This document shows, in pieces, positions 44,574-57,675 of a DNA stretch of 64,000 bases. A model generated the notes under the pieces. The model was not told the DNA's origin and ran no database searches. It saw only the letters and a program-made list of their open reading frames with translations. Every line of letters starts with the position of its first letter. The stretch's first letter is position 1. The stretch lies in NCBI GenBank assembly GCA_964016885.1, contig OZ024755.1:8866001-8930000 (forward strand), written 5' to 3'. The stretch is from Eledone cirrhosa. Its lineage: Eukaryota. The translations under genes were made by a program, and so were the position numbers.

Positions 44574-47134
44574 ATATATATATGAGTGTGTGTGTGTGTG
44601 TGTTTACATATATATATGAATATATAGAATGACTCACACATCTGCATACATACACCCTCATACACATAATTCTTATATTTCACAGACAAACAGCCGTTTA
44701 CACATTCAAGCACACAAACAACCATACATACACACACATATAAATGTGTGTGTGTATGTTCTTATATGCATATATGTGTGCATGTCCATATATATATATA
44801 TATATATTTATATCTTTGATTTCTACTGATCAAAAGACCCTCTTTTTTTATTGCAGTTATGTAAAGTCACTTCCCTTTTAATCAAAATTTGAACTCAAAA
44901 CAGTAAATTTTCTACCTAAACAGCAGTCATGTCTACCGTCTTTGTAGTATTGTTATCAACACACATAAATATGTCAGAGTCGTAACAAAGAGAATAAAGA
45001 ATCCAATTTCAGACAAAAATAAGAAAAGAAATAATATATATATAGAGAGAAATAAAAATCTAATTATTAGAAAAAAATACTAAGAATGTGGTGGAGATGA
45101 AAAAAAAATAGGTTGAGTTAACGTTTTGTTTTGCTCACCTGACTTACATCATATCTGACTTTAACTGAAAGGATCAACAGGTCTTTGAAAATCAAATATC
45201 AGATGTGAACCAATAAGACTTAGCGCTGCTGACTTTTGCTCTAACAGAATCATGTAGAAACCTAGCCTCAAGCCAGACGACAAAGAAAAGTATTTCTTCG
45301 TTTCTGTTCTATTTTTTTTTTTTTTAGATATCTTTTATTCATAATTTATTGGTTTCTCCCTTACAAATGACCACATCGATTTCTTTGACAAATACAGGCT
45401 ATATATTATCCGACGTTATTACTTGCTGTTCTGAGTTACTCTTGTTTACATGGCTTGGGTTTTATTGATGTCGATAAAATAAAAAACACAAATAAGATGG
45501 CAGACAATTTTGAAAGATGAACGAAATGGTTCCAAATCAGTCCATTAACAACTATAAATGTCTGTGTCAGACATTAAAAACGACATCAAATGTGAACGAA
45601 AAACCTTACGTCTGCAGCAATACTTGAAGATAAAAATAGTCTCATTTTTCTCTTTTATAGAAATGCGACTATACGAAACACAACGTAATGTAAATGAAAA
45701 ACAAGAGATTTTCAAATGAAAAAGTAAAATTACCATGAATTTGTCCAATGATATTGTATGGCTTGTAATGTGTATCAATCGTATCTTTAGGAATGGCTTT
45801 CGTATTAATATATAAACAGATTTTCTTTCAGTATTATCGTTCATTATGCGGTAAATAAAGCTATTAACATCTACAGGTAATTTTATCTATCACTACTTAT
45901 TTGATTTGATATCAACTTAATGTTTCCACCATATATATTTGCTTTCTGTTCTGCTGTCAAATTAGTGATAAGAATGTAAACAAATTATCGATTTCCCCTC
46001 TCTGTCCCCAACACTCTTGTAATGTACGACGAATTCCTGAAGTTATGGCCTAATTTCCTGATAATAATTCCTTTCTACAGACTACTAAATCACCGAAGTC
46101 TCTCTTATTTTTAATGTTTTGTCTGAGCCAAGTAAATGAGTGCAAGAATTGTATTTTTAACCCTTTTACATCTGGTGTTTTATGTTTTCTTTGTTGGTTC
46201 AATTTTTATTCAAAGTTGACGAAGTGAACAGAAATCTTTATGTGAAGTAATTCGATTTTGATGAAGATCTGATCTTCATTTGAAACAATCGTTTTTAACT
46301 CTTACCATAACTTTTGCGTACTCTTTATTTTTATTTACATAAATCATATCCATTCTCTTAAACAAACCTGTCAATTCTCTCCGTCCGACGAGGAAATCTC
46401 CCACCCACTTTCGCTGTGTGAGAGATGTCTTCTTTTATGAAAAAGGGTATAGCTTTCATTATGTAAATTCTTCGGATTTTGCCTCATTTCTCCCTATTTT
46501 GGGGCACTTTGTGGGGGATTTTAGAGGTTGACAAGTCTCCTTAATATTTATCCTCTTCTACCGTATGTACCAATGTCAATGTTATTAGAAGTTTTACAAG
46601 GAAACCTAGATAAAGTGGGAACAAGGGCGTCCTGATCCCCCAGTTAAGGAATCCTACTCTCGATAAGTTCTAGTTCTTTTATTCTGTTCTATTATTCTGT
46701 TCTGGTCTGGGTATATTACCAGTTTTAGGGTTTACATTTCATACCTGTTCTGGGCCTATTGCGAGTTTTAAGTGCTTATATTTCACATTTGACCTGGGCT
46801 TATAACCAACTTCAAGACTGCATGAGGATAGTAGTCGTCAAACTTAAAATTGGAGAAGCTATTTATAGAGAAAGATTCCTTGTATAGCTTCAATTGAATA
46901 AATATATTAAGCTATAAATATGATTTCTTCATTTTCTTCAACAAGTTCATGTTACGCGTTTGTAATATATATGTTGATTAAAAGGCCATACGAGAATGTC
47001 TGTCACATATTCTTGGAAGAATTCTCAATTTCATTGGTTGAAAATGTAATTGGCAGTGAATATTTGTAAAATATATTTTCAGGATTTTTTAACGAAAATA
47101 ATATCCAAATTACATTTAAATTATCAATTTTATT

Positions 47135-47184
<50 letters not shown>

Positions 47185-47196
47185 CGAACGAAATGA

Positions 47197-47229
<33 letters not shown>

Positions 47230-47234
47230 ATGTT

Positions 47235-47299
<65 letters not shown>

Positions 47300-47592
47300 G
47301 TGTTTGTGTGTGTGTCTGTCTGTATGTATGTATGTCTGTCTGTGTGTGTATGTATGAGTCAATTGCCTTAACTTGAATGCAAGCAGATCTACACCAAACC
47401 AATGCTATCCTCCAATTCAAGCATACACAATCGATAAACCTACACTTAACTCCATTCACCACACATAAACCGTACAAGACATAACAGAAACTCAATCACG
47501 CCCTTCAAATTTATAGCGAACAATCCCAATATCACAACGGCTAACCTACACCAATTACTGGTACGGGGCTGTTGACATCATCATGCTGCAGT

Positions 47593-47756
47593 CAGGGCCT
47601 ATGAGAGGGGGCTCCAGCTGGTACTTTGTTCCGGGCCCCAAGAGCTAAGAAGGCCCCACAGCAGCTATGCAAAATCCATTCTGAGAAGAATCGTTGCCTG
47701 CCTCGGGCCCCGAAGGGGTCTTGTAGAACCTTACAAAATTTTTCTTCGAAGCGCTG
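47593..47756. mobile_element. hAT-type MITE
   Basis: CAGGGCC...GCGCTG termini. 8-bp TSD GCTGCAGT/GCTGTAGT (47585-47592/47757-47764). Confidence 0.65.
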
Positions 47757-48080
47757 GCTGTAGTCATCATATTATGCATCAGGGTGGTTGGATTTTTCAT
47801 ATTGTTTAGTGTAAGCCTCTATTTAGTTTTAAAATTGTTGAACATGTAGCTTCAACATTTTTGGTTTTCTTAAGTTAATTGTTAAGTTTAGGGGGAGTTA
47901 TTTTAAGCGTTGATCAGAATCGTGGTTTGATGTCATTTCATTTGTTCTGGTATGTCGGTTCTTTAAGCGAGATACGGATCTGATTAGGTTAATGGATTAT
48001 TGGAGAGTTTCGATTTGGCCAGTTCTGGTGCTAATTGTTAACTACGTGGTTTATTTCGGTGTGCATCTCTATATTATATG

Positions 48081-48355
48081 CGGCGAATTGGCAGAGTCTT
48101 AAGAACATCAGATATAATACTTTATGCTATTTGTTCCGGCTCTCTGCTCTCTTAGTTCAAATCCCGCCGAGGTCAACTTTGCCTTTCATCTATTCGAGGT
48201 CGATAAATGAAAGTACCAGTCTAGTACTGGGGTCTGATGTACTCAGGCCTGAAGAGGGATGGGGTCCACCAGGCTTAAAATGCCCAAGTAACACCGTATG
48301 TCAATACGCAGCCCCTACGACTCTATCAGGAGTTATGGGGACTTACATACTATAG
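48081..48355 (+). mobile_element. Meta-core SINE family B
   Basis: Shares head, core and ccaccaggcttaaa...ctctatcagga tail with 63145-63463. Confidence 0.8.
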
Positions 48356-49376
48356 TCATACGTCTCTACATTGGTTCATCTCCGTTGGGGATATATGTTG
48401 CCTGAGTCCTAATCCATTATTTGGGCCAGTTAATTTGTCAAACAAATACGAAGCCTGGCTTCACGTTACACGAGGACTTGTGCATTATTTTGACTAATTC
48501 ATTTCTTGAATAATCACTATTTCGTGTGCTAAATATATGCCTACCTGTTCCACTGATTTCTATCGCAACTAGAGCTAAGCTAAACAATAGAATAATTTAT
48601 TTCATAGATTGTGTTGAGCTTGTCTAATCATAAAATAATTACAAATTCCTTATCGTTAGTAACAAGCAATTCACTGTTTCCATCTAAATAGTTGAGAGTA
48701 AGTGATTTTAATAAAATTACTGCTCTGATAATGTTTTCAATTCACAAATCCAAACGAATTTGAGGATTCCAATTATAGAGAGATAATTGCAATACGATGA
48801 TATTAAGCTTTTCTTCGTTGTTGTTCAGCAGTTCTTCTCTCAGTTGTAGTCCTACATAGGGAGAGGTCTCAGAGACTCATCTCACTTAACGGGAACTTGC
48901 TTTATCTTCTCTGAAGCCAGCATTAATGTTTTCTTCAATCAGTTTGTCATCTTTACTATTTCTATATAATGTCATTTTAGGTGGGAGTTTATGTCGGTGT
49001 TGAATATACAACAAACGCGGTAGTTTCTCTGTCGTCTGAGGAATTAACACGAGCCTAGTGAGATTTTCCCTACAAGAACTTCACTATTTCAACTAAATAT
49101 CTATTTTGTTATTGATAACGAAATTATTCAGTGAAATGGTTTAGGATAAAACACAACAGTGAAGGTACTAAGTTCTCAGTTAAAAAGAATAATTAAAATG
49201 TCCACCATCTAAACAATTTAGCGACAAGCATTCTTTTTAAGCAATGTCTTTACACTAACACACAAGAGACAAAAACTTCGCAAATACAAAAATAATCAAT
49301 AAAAAGCACAAAAAATTGCCTTAAGGGAAACAACTGCAAAACGATATGAGTAGTAATTTCCCTTGAAAGTTTATTC

Positions 49377-50460
49377 TTTTCTCTTCTTCTTCACCCACGT
49401 ATTCCTGAGAGGCTCGTTGGGGCAGAGTCCTCAAGTACTCCCTCCAGTGGATCCTATCAGAAGCAACCGTCCTCAACTGAACCGGCTGGATCCCCAAGTG
49501 GGACCAAACAAACTCATGGATGTTATCCAAACATCTTTCTCAGAGTCTACCCAAGGGTCTCCTGCCGGTTGGTTTTGCCCGTAAAATTTGTCCAGCGATT
49601 CTTTCCCGAGACATTCTAAGCACATGCCCATAGTATCGGAACTGTGATCTCTCAACTCGGAGAAGTAGTGGCTCTACCTGGAGTGACTCTCTGATCTGCA
49701 AACTACACCATCTATCTAGTAATGTTACTCCAAAGATCCTTCGGAGAAACCCCATTTCGACCGCTTGCATTCGCGATCGTATTATTTCGGTCATTAACCA
49801 AGATTCATGACCATACATAAGGGTTGGCACAAATACCAAATAGAAGATAGCGAGTTTAGCTTTTATGTCTACCTGCCTTCTTCTGAATACTGAATGTTTA
49901 AGCTGGTACATTGCTGCACCAGCTCCTGCTATTCTTGCACTTAATTCAGCCCCCTGCCTTCCATCACTCGTGAACACGACCCCGGGATACTTGAACTTCT
50001 CTACCTGCTTCAGTGGAACTCCATTCTCATGTAGAATGCACAGCACAGGCTTCCTTGCGAGAACGAGTGTCTCATTTCGTAGTTCTGATTTTCATTCCAG
50101 CCATGCAGTACTCGGTATCAAATCTATCAAGTGCAAATCGAAGATCACCTTCTGTCAAATTCCAGCCAACTGATTTTACACTCGCCAGTCGTGATACCAA
50201 TTCCAACCCGGTTGCGCACTTCAATCTTGATTATGTAAATAATTGTTTCTACTTTTGGCACAAGGCCAGCAATTACCCCTCCCCCTCCCCCAGTACATTA
50301 CTGGTACTTTATTTTATCGACCCCTTAAGGATGAAAGGCAAAGTTAACCTCGGCGGGAGGAGAGGTGACAGTACGCACCCTTGGCGGAGTCCGACTCCCA
50401 CATTGAATGGTTTCGATTTAGCACCATTTATCCGAATACAAATACCATTTATCCGAACAT
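49377..50460 (-). mobile_element. 5'-truncated RTE-clade LINE (Rex3/Expander-like) reverse transcriptase remnant
   Basis: Minus strand encodes ..SKPFNVGVGLRQGCVLSPLL, VEKFKYPGVVFTSDG, VPTLMYGHESW, EMGFLRRI, YYGHVLRM, GRRPLGRL. Has stops and frameshifts, no FADD motif, a (GAA)-rich tail and a SINE insertion. Confidence 0.92.
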
Positions 50461-50773
50461 AAATACATTAAGTTTAATGAGATATTAAATAACAAAATAA
50501 ATAATGGTTCTGATAGATTGTTTCCATATCGGGAAATAACTACAATAAAAGCATTGAGAGTAGCCTCCCCTTGAAATGTTATTTTATTGTTAAAATAACT
50601 TCGGAAATTGTTGAAGTCAGATCCATCTGATATAAATGTTGTGTGTCTAGATAGATGAGAAACAAAACGAGGATGTGGTTTATGGAACACCCAAATGATT
50701 TAGAAGTCGACCTTAAGTAGAAGCAATAACATTAAGAAAAACATGAACGACGCCACATTATTTTGTTTTGAAA

Positions 50774-51083
50774 ATTTTGAAAGTAGGTTTATAAGTATGA
50801 ATTTTCAGTAGCTTTTCGTAGTTGTCTCAGTGACCTAGCGGAAGATACGGTGGAGATCCTGGTCTTGGGTTCAATCCTGGTTTAAGAGATTCATGTAATC
50901 TTTCTCAGTTTTTATTTTACATCCCATAAAAAAAAAACTGAAAAGTTTTACCGGGAACTCTACTCCCGACCAGGATCGAACTTCAGACCAGAATCACCAC
51001 CGTCTATGATTCCTCCAACTATGCCGCCGAGACAGCTATTAAAATCTATTTAAAATTCACACTTATAAACCTACTTTCAAAAT
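50774..51083. mobile_element. Fold-back element with two inward-facing tRNA-like (Pol III) heads
   Basis: Perfect 23-bp terminal inverted repeat (50774-50796/51061-51083). Each arm has A/B-box-like motifs followed by an oligo-T run. Confidence 0.65.
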
Positions 51084-51097
51084 ATTGTTAACTTTCA

Positions 51098-51363
51098 TTT
51101 TTAAAGTAGGTTTATAATTATTAATTTTCATTATAATTTTTGGAGCTGTCTCAGTGGCCTAGCGGTAGGAACGAGAGACGGTGGCGATCCTGGTCTTGGG
51201 TTCAATCCTGGTCAAGAGGGACGTGTAATCCCCTTCAGTTTTTATTTTACATCCCATAGAAAAAAACTGAAAAGGTTTACCAGAAACCCTACTCCCAACC
51301 AGGGTCGAACTTCAGCGCAGGATCACCACCGTCTATGATTCCTCCAACTGAGACAGCTACAAA
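51098..51363. mobile_element. Second tandem copy of the tRNA-headed fold-back element
   Basis: Colinear with 50774-51040. A-box TGGCCTAGCGG 51155-51165, B-box GGTTCAATCC 51199-51208. Confidence 0.65.
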
Positions 51364-52149
51364 ACCCCGACGGCTGAGTCCCGGCCGTTTCCACAGCTAG
51401 ATCCAAACAGTTTGGATCTAGCTGTCGAAACGGCCGGAGCTCAGTCATTGGGATGCAAAAACATATATATGAATAAGGTAAGCACAAATCAGAGTAGATT
51501 TAAATATCACAGAGAGAAAGAAAGAGAGAGAGTGGGGGGGAAGAAAGTGGGTGTGACAGAAATGAAACATGGATTACAAGTTAAAATATAGTCTAGATCA
51601 GGCATGTCAAACTGAAGATCCTTGACGAATTTCCTTGACTTCCATACAGAAACCGGTTGTAATAACAGTCGATCACTAAATAATCTAAATAATAGTTGAG
51701 AAATTGGATAAAATAACCTTAGAAAAAGCTAACTTTGATATGTAAAATTGGGGTGGGATTGCTGTGTATTCTAATATTTTCGTGTATGAGCCCCCACCCT
51801 CACTCACCCATATAAACCTGAATTTCCCCGGGGCCCCCAAAATCTAAATCCAGCCCTGGATACCGGGTTTGATCTCACTACATGGTAACTTTTGAAAGTG
51901 CCATTTGCCATAGCATCGAGTCGACTCAAGGTTTGTGAGTGAAATTAGATAGGCGGAAACTGTTTGAAAGTTTGTCGGATGGCAGTGCCCGTCATTCAAA
52001 GGGCTAGCCTTGTCACACAGTCTACTGAATCTCCCTGAGTTACAAGTGTCTGTGGAATGCTCAGCCACTTAGACGTTGTCTTCATGAGCAGGCTGTTCCG
52101 TTGATCACATAACTGGAACATTCATCTTCGAAATCGACGGAGATCCATT

Positions 52150-52325
52150 CATGAAAAAAACACATCTGCGGTCGCGTATATTCCCGTAAACAAACACATA
52201 TGTAGCTGTGAATGAGAGAAGAAACGAAAGAATGAGTGGTATTTACAACGAATTACGTACGTATTGAAACTGTGAAAGGAAGGGAGGGAATTCTGCCGTG
52301 TATATAGCATTATCGTGTTTTAACA
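52150..52325 (+). promoter_or_regulatory. Probable gephyrin proximal promoter / 5' UTR
   Basis: Unique, relatively CpG-containing sequence directly upstream of the ATG. TSS cannot be determined. Confidence 0.4.
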
Positions 52326-52380
52326 ATGGCGGACTCTCCGAATGATGTACGAAACCGAATTAGAGTTGGAGTGCTCACAG
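52326..52380 (+). CDS. GPHN: Gephyrin coding exon 1 (MADSPNDVRNRIRVGVLT/V)
   Basis: ATG at 52326 in ACAATGG context. Encodes the IRVGVLTV motif of the gephyrin/MogA G domain. Ends CAG|gtaaat, phase 1. Confidence 0.93.
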
Positions 52381-52950
52381 GTAAATAAACCAATTATTTA
52401 AACTATTTTTGAGAATCACATTGAATTCTTTGAACTCCATTCTATTTTCTGTGTTAGTTACATCTGTTGTCGATAATAGCTTTTGTAAACATCACCTTAA
52501 GTCTCATCACTTAGCTTCGTAACGTTATTATTAAATGTCGAAGTTTAAGAAGACACTTTCTTCGTTTCATTTTAATCTTTATAATTTCATCCTGAAACTT
52601 TAGGGAAAATTATTCACAAAACTATAAATAACAGTTATTATTATTATTTTTCGTCGTGTATTATTTTTTTTTTTTAATTCTTTGATTTAAGGTTCTGTTA
52701 AATAATCTCTCCGGGTAAATAACCAAGTGTGGTGTGTGTGTATATATATACGTTAATTACACACACCCAGCATGTACATTACATCTCCGACTTACAAAAT
52801 GTATTTTCGATAACTTTTAGCATTAGTCTAGTTTTTGTTCTTCTTTCTCTCTCTGACTACACTTGTTATTAACCTTATTCATTATTCAACTTTGGCTTTG
52901 ATATATCTCTTTATTAGTATTTTCTCATATATATTAGTTAAGTATACTTC

Positions 52951-53000
<50 letters not shown>

Positions 53001-53075
53001 CAGGGAAAGCGAACGTTTTGTCGACAATAATGATGATATATATTCTTATATTTTTTATAGTATATTTTAAATGTA

Positions 53076-53167
53076 ACTAGCAGAATGGACCGGCGTTGCT
53101 CAATCGGTTGGGTGGTTCTCGAGTTTTAGGGAGTCAGACAGACATTCTCTGTTTTAGATATATTGAT
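53076..53167 (+). mobile_element. Internally deleted Helitron/Helentron (DINE-like) element
   Basis: 5' ACTAGCAGAA..ACCGGCGTTGC and 3' cagacagaca...ttttagatatattga ends typical of these non-autonomous elements. Confidence 0.5.
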
Positions 53168-54214
53168 TACTTATATACTTTTTAAAACACCGGGCCTTTA
53201 TCTATGTTTATGGGTGTATATATATATATATATAATGTATGTATATGCGTGTGTATGTAAACATACCGATAATCCGAATCGTAATGTTTTCATTTGTTTC
53301 CGCTATATTTTTAATTTTTTTTTTCTAACTCTACATACATTTCTAACCATCATTTAATTTCTGTACAATACGTATGAACATAAAAATATTGTCGAGCCAT
53401 CAGTTTTAGAAGAAAAATAAACAACCCTTTATAGCTTGTATGAATAGTGCTAATAGACGCCACCAAATGTATTTTAAAATGCATTAAAGCCTACATTGTT
53501 GGTGTCAGTATTGGGTCGTGGGTGAGAAGGCTGCTTGTTATATTACAATCTTATCTTACACAATCCAGCATGCGAAAACAGACACCAAAGTGAAGATGGT
53601 GCCATGAATTGCTACTGTATTTTCTATACTTAAGTTGAACTGTTTTATTGGAATAATACTATGTTTGATAACGACCTGGCTGCTGCAGGTTACCGGGCCA
53701 GGTCTCTGGTTTGAGGATAGCTTCCTCCTCGCCTTCCACCAGTCGCAGGGGCCCTAAAAAAGGTCACTGGCACTGCCCTGACTGAACGGCAAAAATGTGT
53801 AATTCTCATAACAAAATAAGATATATCATAAGCAACTTCAACCGGCAGAAACCGGTGTTTAAATCTTGTTTCTGTAGTAGGAACTATGTTAGGTGAGTTG
53901 TCTATGTTGGCTAATTGAGTCGTCTAGATGTAGTAGAAGACTAAAGAAAGTTGTAAAAAGTTGGTATAAATGTTGATCAGTCATATCGAACACACCTCAG
54001 AGGCGTTCTAGCCATGAGCATCCCACTATTTTTCAGACTACATAGAATTTTTGATAGTATAAAGACTATGCAATTTTTTTGTCTTCCTTCTAATTTTAAA
54101 GAGTTAACCCTTTTGATACCAATAAGGTAACAATAAAGTTGAGTGTTATTTATGTAAAACTGAAACTTTAAAAACTGATTCTTAAACCTGTATAGAGGGT
54201 ACGAATAAAAATTG

Positions 54215-54538
54215 AAACTCCATCGGTTACGACGACAAGTATTCCAGTTGATATGATTTATCAGAACAGCCTGCTCATGAAATTAATATCTAAGGGACTG
54301 AAGATTCCACAGACATGCATACACTGAACATAGTTTTCAGAGCGATTTAGCATGACACAGAATGTGACAAAGCTGGCCCTTCGAATTACATATACAACCC
54401 ATTTTTGCCAGCTAAGTAAGCTGGAGCAACGTGAAATAAAGTGCTTTGCTCAAAGACACAGCACCTTGTCGGGAATCGAAACCATAACCTTACAATCGTG
54501 AGCAGAATACACTAACCACTAAGCCATTTGCCTTCACA
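54215..54538 (-). mobile_element. CORE-like SINE family C (gephyrin intron 1)
   Basis: tRNA-like head (tggcttagtggttag, ggtttcgattccc) and a tgtgtctttgagcaaagcactttatttcac core. Confidence 0.85.
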
Positions 54539-54894
54539 GTTGGTATGAATAGTGTCAACAAATACCACCAAATGTAGTTAATTTTTTTGTAACTGTAGTC
54601 CTAATAACATACACTTATCATTTCATCATCATTGTTTACTACCTGTTTTCTCTGTTAGTGAGAGTAGGGCATAACATCAAAAACAGCTCAGTATTCAAAT
54701 GGAGCCCCTGACCTCCAAGTGGGTCATTGTTGTTGAATTAATTAATGAAAAATTTGGAGTAAAGGTTTTAAATCTTTTCAAAGCAGAGCCCCAGCATGGC
54801 AGCAGTCTAATGACTGAAACTAGTAACATAATAATATAATATTTTTTAATTTTTCCTTTCCTTAGTTCATTTTTATTTGTTCCACTTATTTCAG

Positions 54895-54973
54895 TAAGTG
54901 ACAGCTGTTTTTCAAAGAAAGCTGATGACAAAAGTGGAGCTGGTCTCCGTGCTCTCATTCTAGAAGATAAAAT
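54895..54973 (+). CDS. GPHN: Gephyrin coding exon 2 (VSDSCFSKKADDKSGAGLRALILEDK)
   Basis: Polypyrimidine tract + tttcag acceptor, 79 nt, donor gtaagt. Matches gephyrin VSDSCF...D.SG..L. Confidence 0.95.
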
Positions 54974-55872
54974 GTAAGTATGGTGCTTGTGGTTAATTTT
55001 TTTTCTTTGTTTATTTTTTTCTTAATGACTATATATCCAGTTTAGAATAGTTACACCATATCCTGGCGTGTTAAAAGATGTGACTAAAAGGGTTGGTACC
55101 GTGAAGGGGATTTAGCTGTTTCTGTCTTGGACACCCTTCTTAATGCCAACCACATATAAACATGGTCTGGGTGCTTTCTATCATGGCACCAAAACGACCA
55201 AATGACAGTTTAGACTGGGTACATTTTCATTGCGTCACCAGGGTGACCACCTTACAGGGTAGACCAGGTGCTTATTGTCATGTCACCAGCACAACCACTT
55301 TACAGGGTGGACTGGGTGCTAGTTGTTGTGTCATCAAAGCGACCACTTTAGCAGGGGTATTGCTGTGTTTTTTGTCGTAATAAAAGGATTAAAACTTGTC
55401 AGCTCAAAATAGTTTTTTTTCCAGGCAAATTATGAAGAAAATATTGTGAACAGAAGTTGTTGACCATCCCAACCAAACAGTTGGGTCCTATTTACATTGT
55501 TGAAATGCCAACTATGACTGTCTCTTAGTCTTAACATTGGGGTGTCTTAAGCACTTCCTCAGTGATACCATTATTTTTGTTTTCGTTGTTCTTGAAATAT
55601 TTCTGAGTCATAACTTTTCTGGGTGTTAACATATTTACTTTAGTCTCTTTCCTATTTTTAATAATTTTTTTTTCTTTTTTACTTGATAAATATATGTAAC
55701 TACAATGAGCATTTTAAAGTAATTTTCTCAGTTAAAGTTTAGATTAGCCTTGTGGTCCTCATAACACTCTTTTTTAGGCAAGGTTTTACAGCCAGATGCC
55801 CTTGCTGGTGCAAGTCTTTTTAGTTGTTCCTTATAACATGCTGGAATACAGTGTGCCTACTCTAAATCAGAT

Positions 55873-56191
55873 GGTATAGCATAGACCTGTAACTCATGAA
55901 GGAGTCGTAGGGGGTCAGCGTATGGGCATAAGGCATTTTTAGGGCATTTTTATTCCTGGTGGAGCCCAACTCCTCTCCAGTTCTGAATACAGCAGATTTC
56001 TTCCAGAGAAGGATGGGAGAGTGAGAAAGAGGTATAAAGGAAAACTCGAACCCAGTATTAGACTGGTATTTTTTTATTGACCTTAAAGGCAAAATTGACT
56101 TCAGCAGGATTTGAACTCAGAGTGCAGAGAGTTGGAATGAATACTGCAAAGTATTCTATCTGACGTTCTAATTACTCTTCCAAGTCACCAC
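55873..56191 (-). mobile_element. Meta-core SINE family B (different 3' tail) with 13-bp TSD
   Basis: CTCTAAATCAGAT at 55860-55872/56192-56204. Homologous to 48081-48355(+) and 63145-63463(+). Confidence 0.82.
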
Positions 56192-56571
56192 CTCTAAATC
56201 AGATACACACAGTCAAATTAATTTAATTATTTTTAATTATTTAATATATAATTTGTAAATAAATAAATAAAATAGCAATTAATAAACTAAGTAAATAATT
56301 ATGAGAAAATATGAACATGAAAATATATTTACACATAATTTTTGTTGTTTTTATTGGAATGTTGTGTAGTCTCAGTCAAATCCTGTAGGGTGGAGGTGGG
56401 GGGACAAAAATAAAACAGCTTATGTGAAATTTGCTCTCAACTGAGAATGTTAGAGAACAAGGAAGGAATTTGAGATCTGAGAGAGAGATAGCCCATATTT
56501 TCTTCTATTTTTATTAATATGGCCCAGAATGTATGACAGATGTTCCATTCCATATGTGTGTTCATGTTGTA

Positions 56572-56780
56572 GTGCCATGATAAAATACACCCAGTACACT
56601 CTGTAAAGTGGTAGTGCTGATGTCATAATAAATTGCACCCAGTACACTTTTTAAAGAGATAGTGCTGATGCCATGATAAAATGCATCAAGTACACTGTAA
56701 AGTGGTAGTGTGTGTGCCATGATAAAATGCACCCTGTACACTCTGTAAAGTGGTAGTGCTGGTGCCATGATAAAATACCA
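56572..56780 (+). repeat. ~46-bp tandem repeat derived from the SINE-internal unit
   Basis: gtgccatgataaaatgcacccagtacactctgtaaagtggtagtg, about 4 copies. Related units at 55165-55375(-) and 59428-59545. Confidence 0.75.
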
Positions 56781-56898
56781 GTCAAATAATTGGGTTGATG
56801 ATTAAATTTACTTTCCACCTCCTCCCTTTCTTCATCTCTATCTTCCCCCTCCCTTATGTTTGAATTAATCAACTGCTCTAATGTTTGTTGTCTTATAG

Positions 56899-56956
56899 TA
56901 TTCCAGGTGTGATTGAGGTGCAACAAGTAGTTGCAGATGAGTTGCATGAAATTAAG
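56899..56956 (+). CDS. GPHN: Gephyrin coding exon 3 (IIPGVIEVQQVVADELHEIK)
   Basis: tcttatag acceptor, 58 nt, AAG|gtttgt donor. Keeps frame and matches the IVPDEIEEIK segment. Confidence 0.92.
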
Positions 56957-57675
56957 GTTTGTTCTAATTTTGCTCTATTTGTATATCATCACCATCATCA
57001 CCACCATCACTACCATCACCATCACTACAATCATCATCACCACCACCACCACCATCGTAATCACCACCATCATCGTAATCACCTCATATCATCATCATCA
57101 CCACCACCATCATCCTCATCATCATCACCATTTTATGTCTTATGTATGCTGACATGGGTTAAATAGGTTGTCATGTTTTGAGATTTAACTGTTCAGCTGA
57201 CCATGCCTTAACAACTTTTTATAAGAAACCTGTATCCAATTTATAATAGGTATATTGTATTGCTGCATGTTGTAAGAAGTAACTAAAGGTTTGATGTCAG
57301 GAAGGGCAACCAGCTGTAAAATATTGTCTCAAAAAGTTCCATCCAACCCTTGTCAAAATGGAAAACATAACATAAGAGTGGTGATGATGAAGCAACGAAC
57401 CTCTCCAAACATTAACTTAATCAGAAAGTTAGTTAAATCCTATATTCTTGTTTATTTTCAAAATTATTTGACAGACACAGGCAGTGTCTTTTATTAAAAA
57501 TACAGTAACAAAAGGGTTAATACAGAAGAATACCATGTAATTTTGAACCAGAAAACTATATTTATTAAAGTAAAATAGAAGTATAAAATCTTTTCTTTGA
57601 AAACTCTGCCTAAAATGTATGTATTCCAAATTTAATGAATATATTTTTGCTCATGTTATTTTTTTCTTCTTCCAG

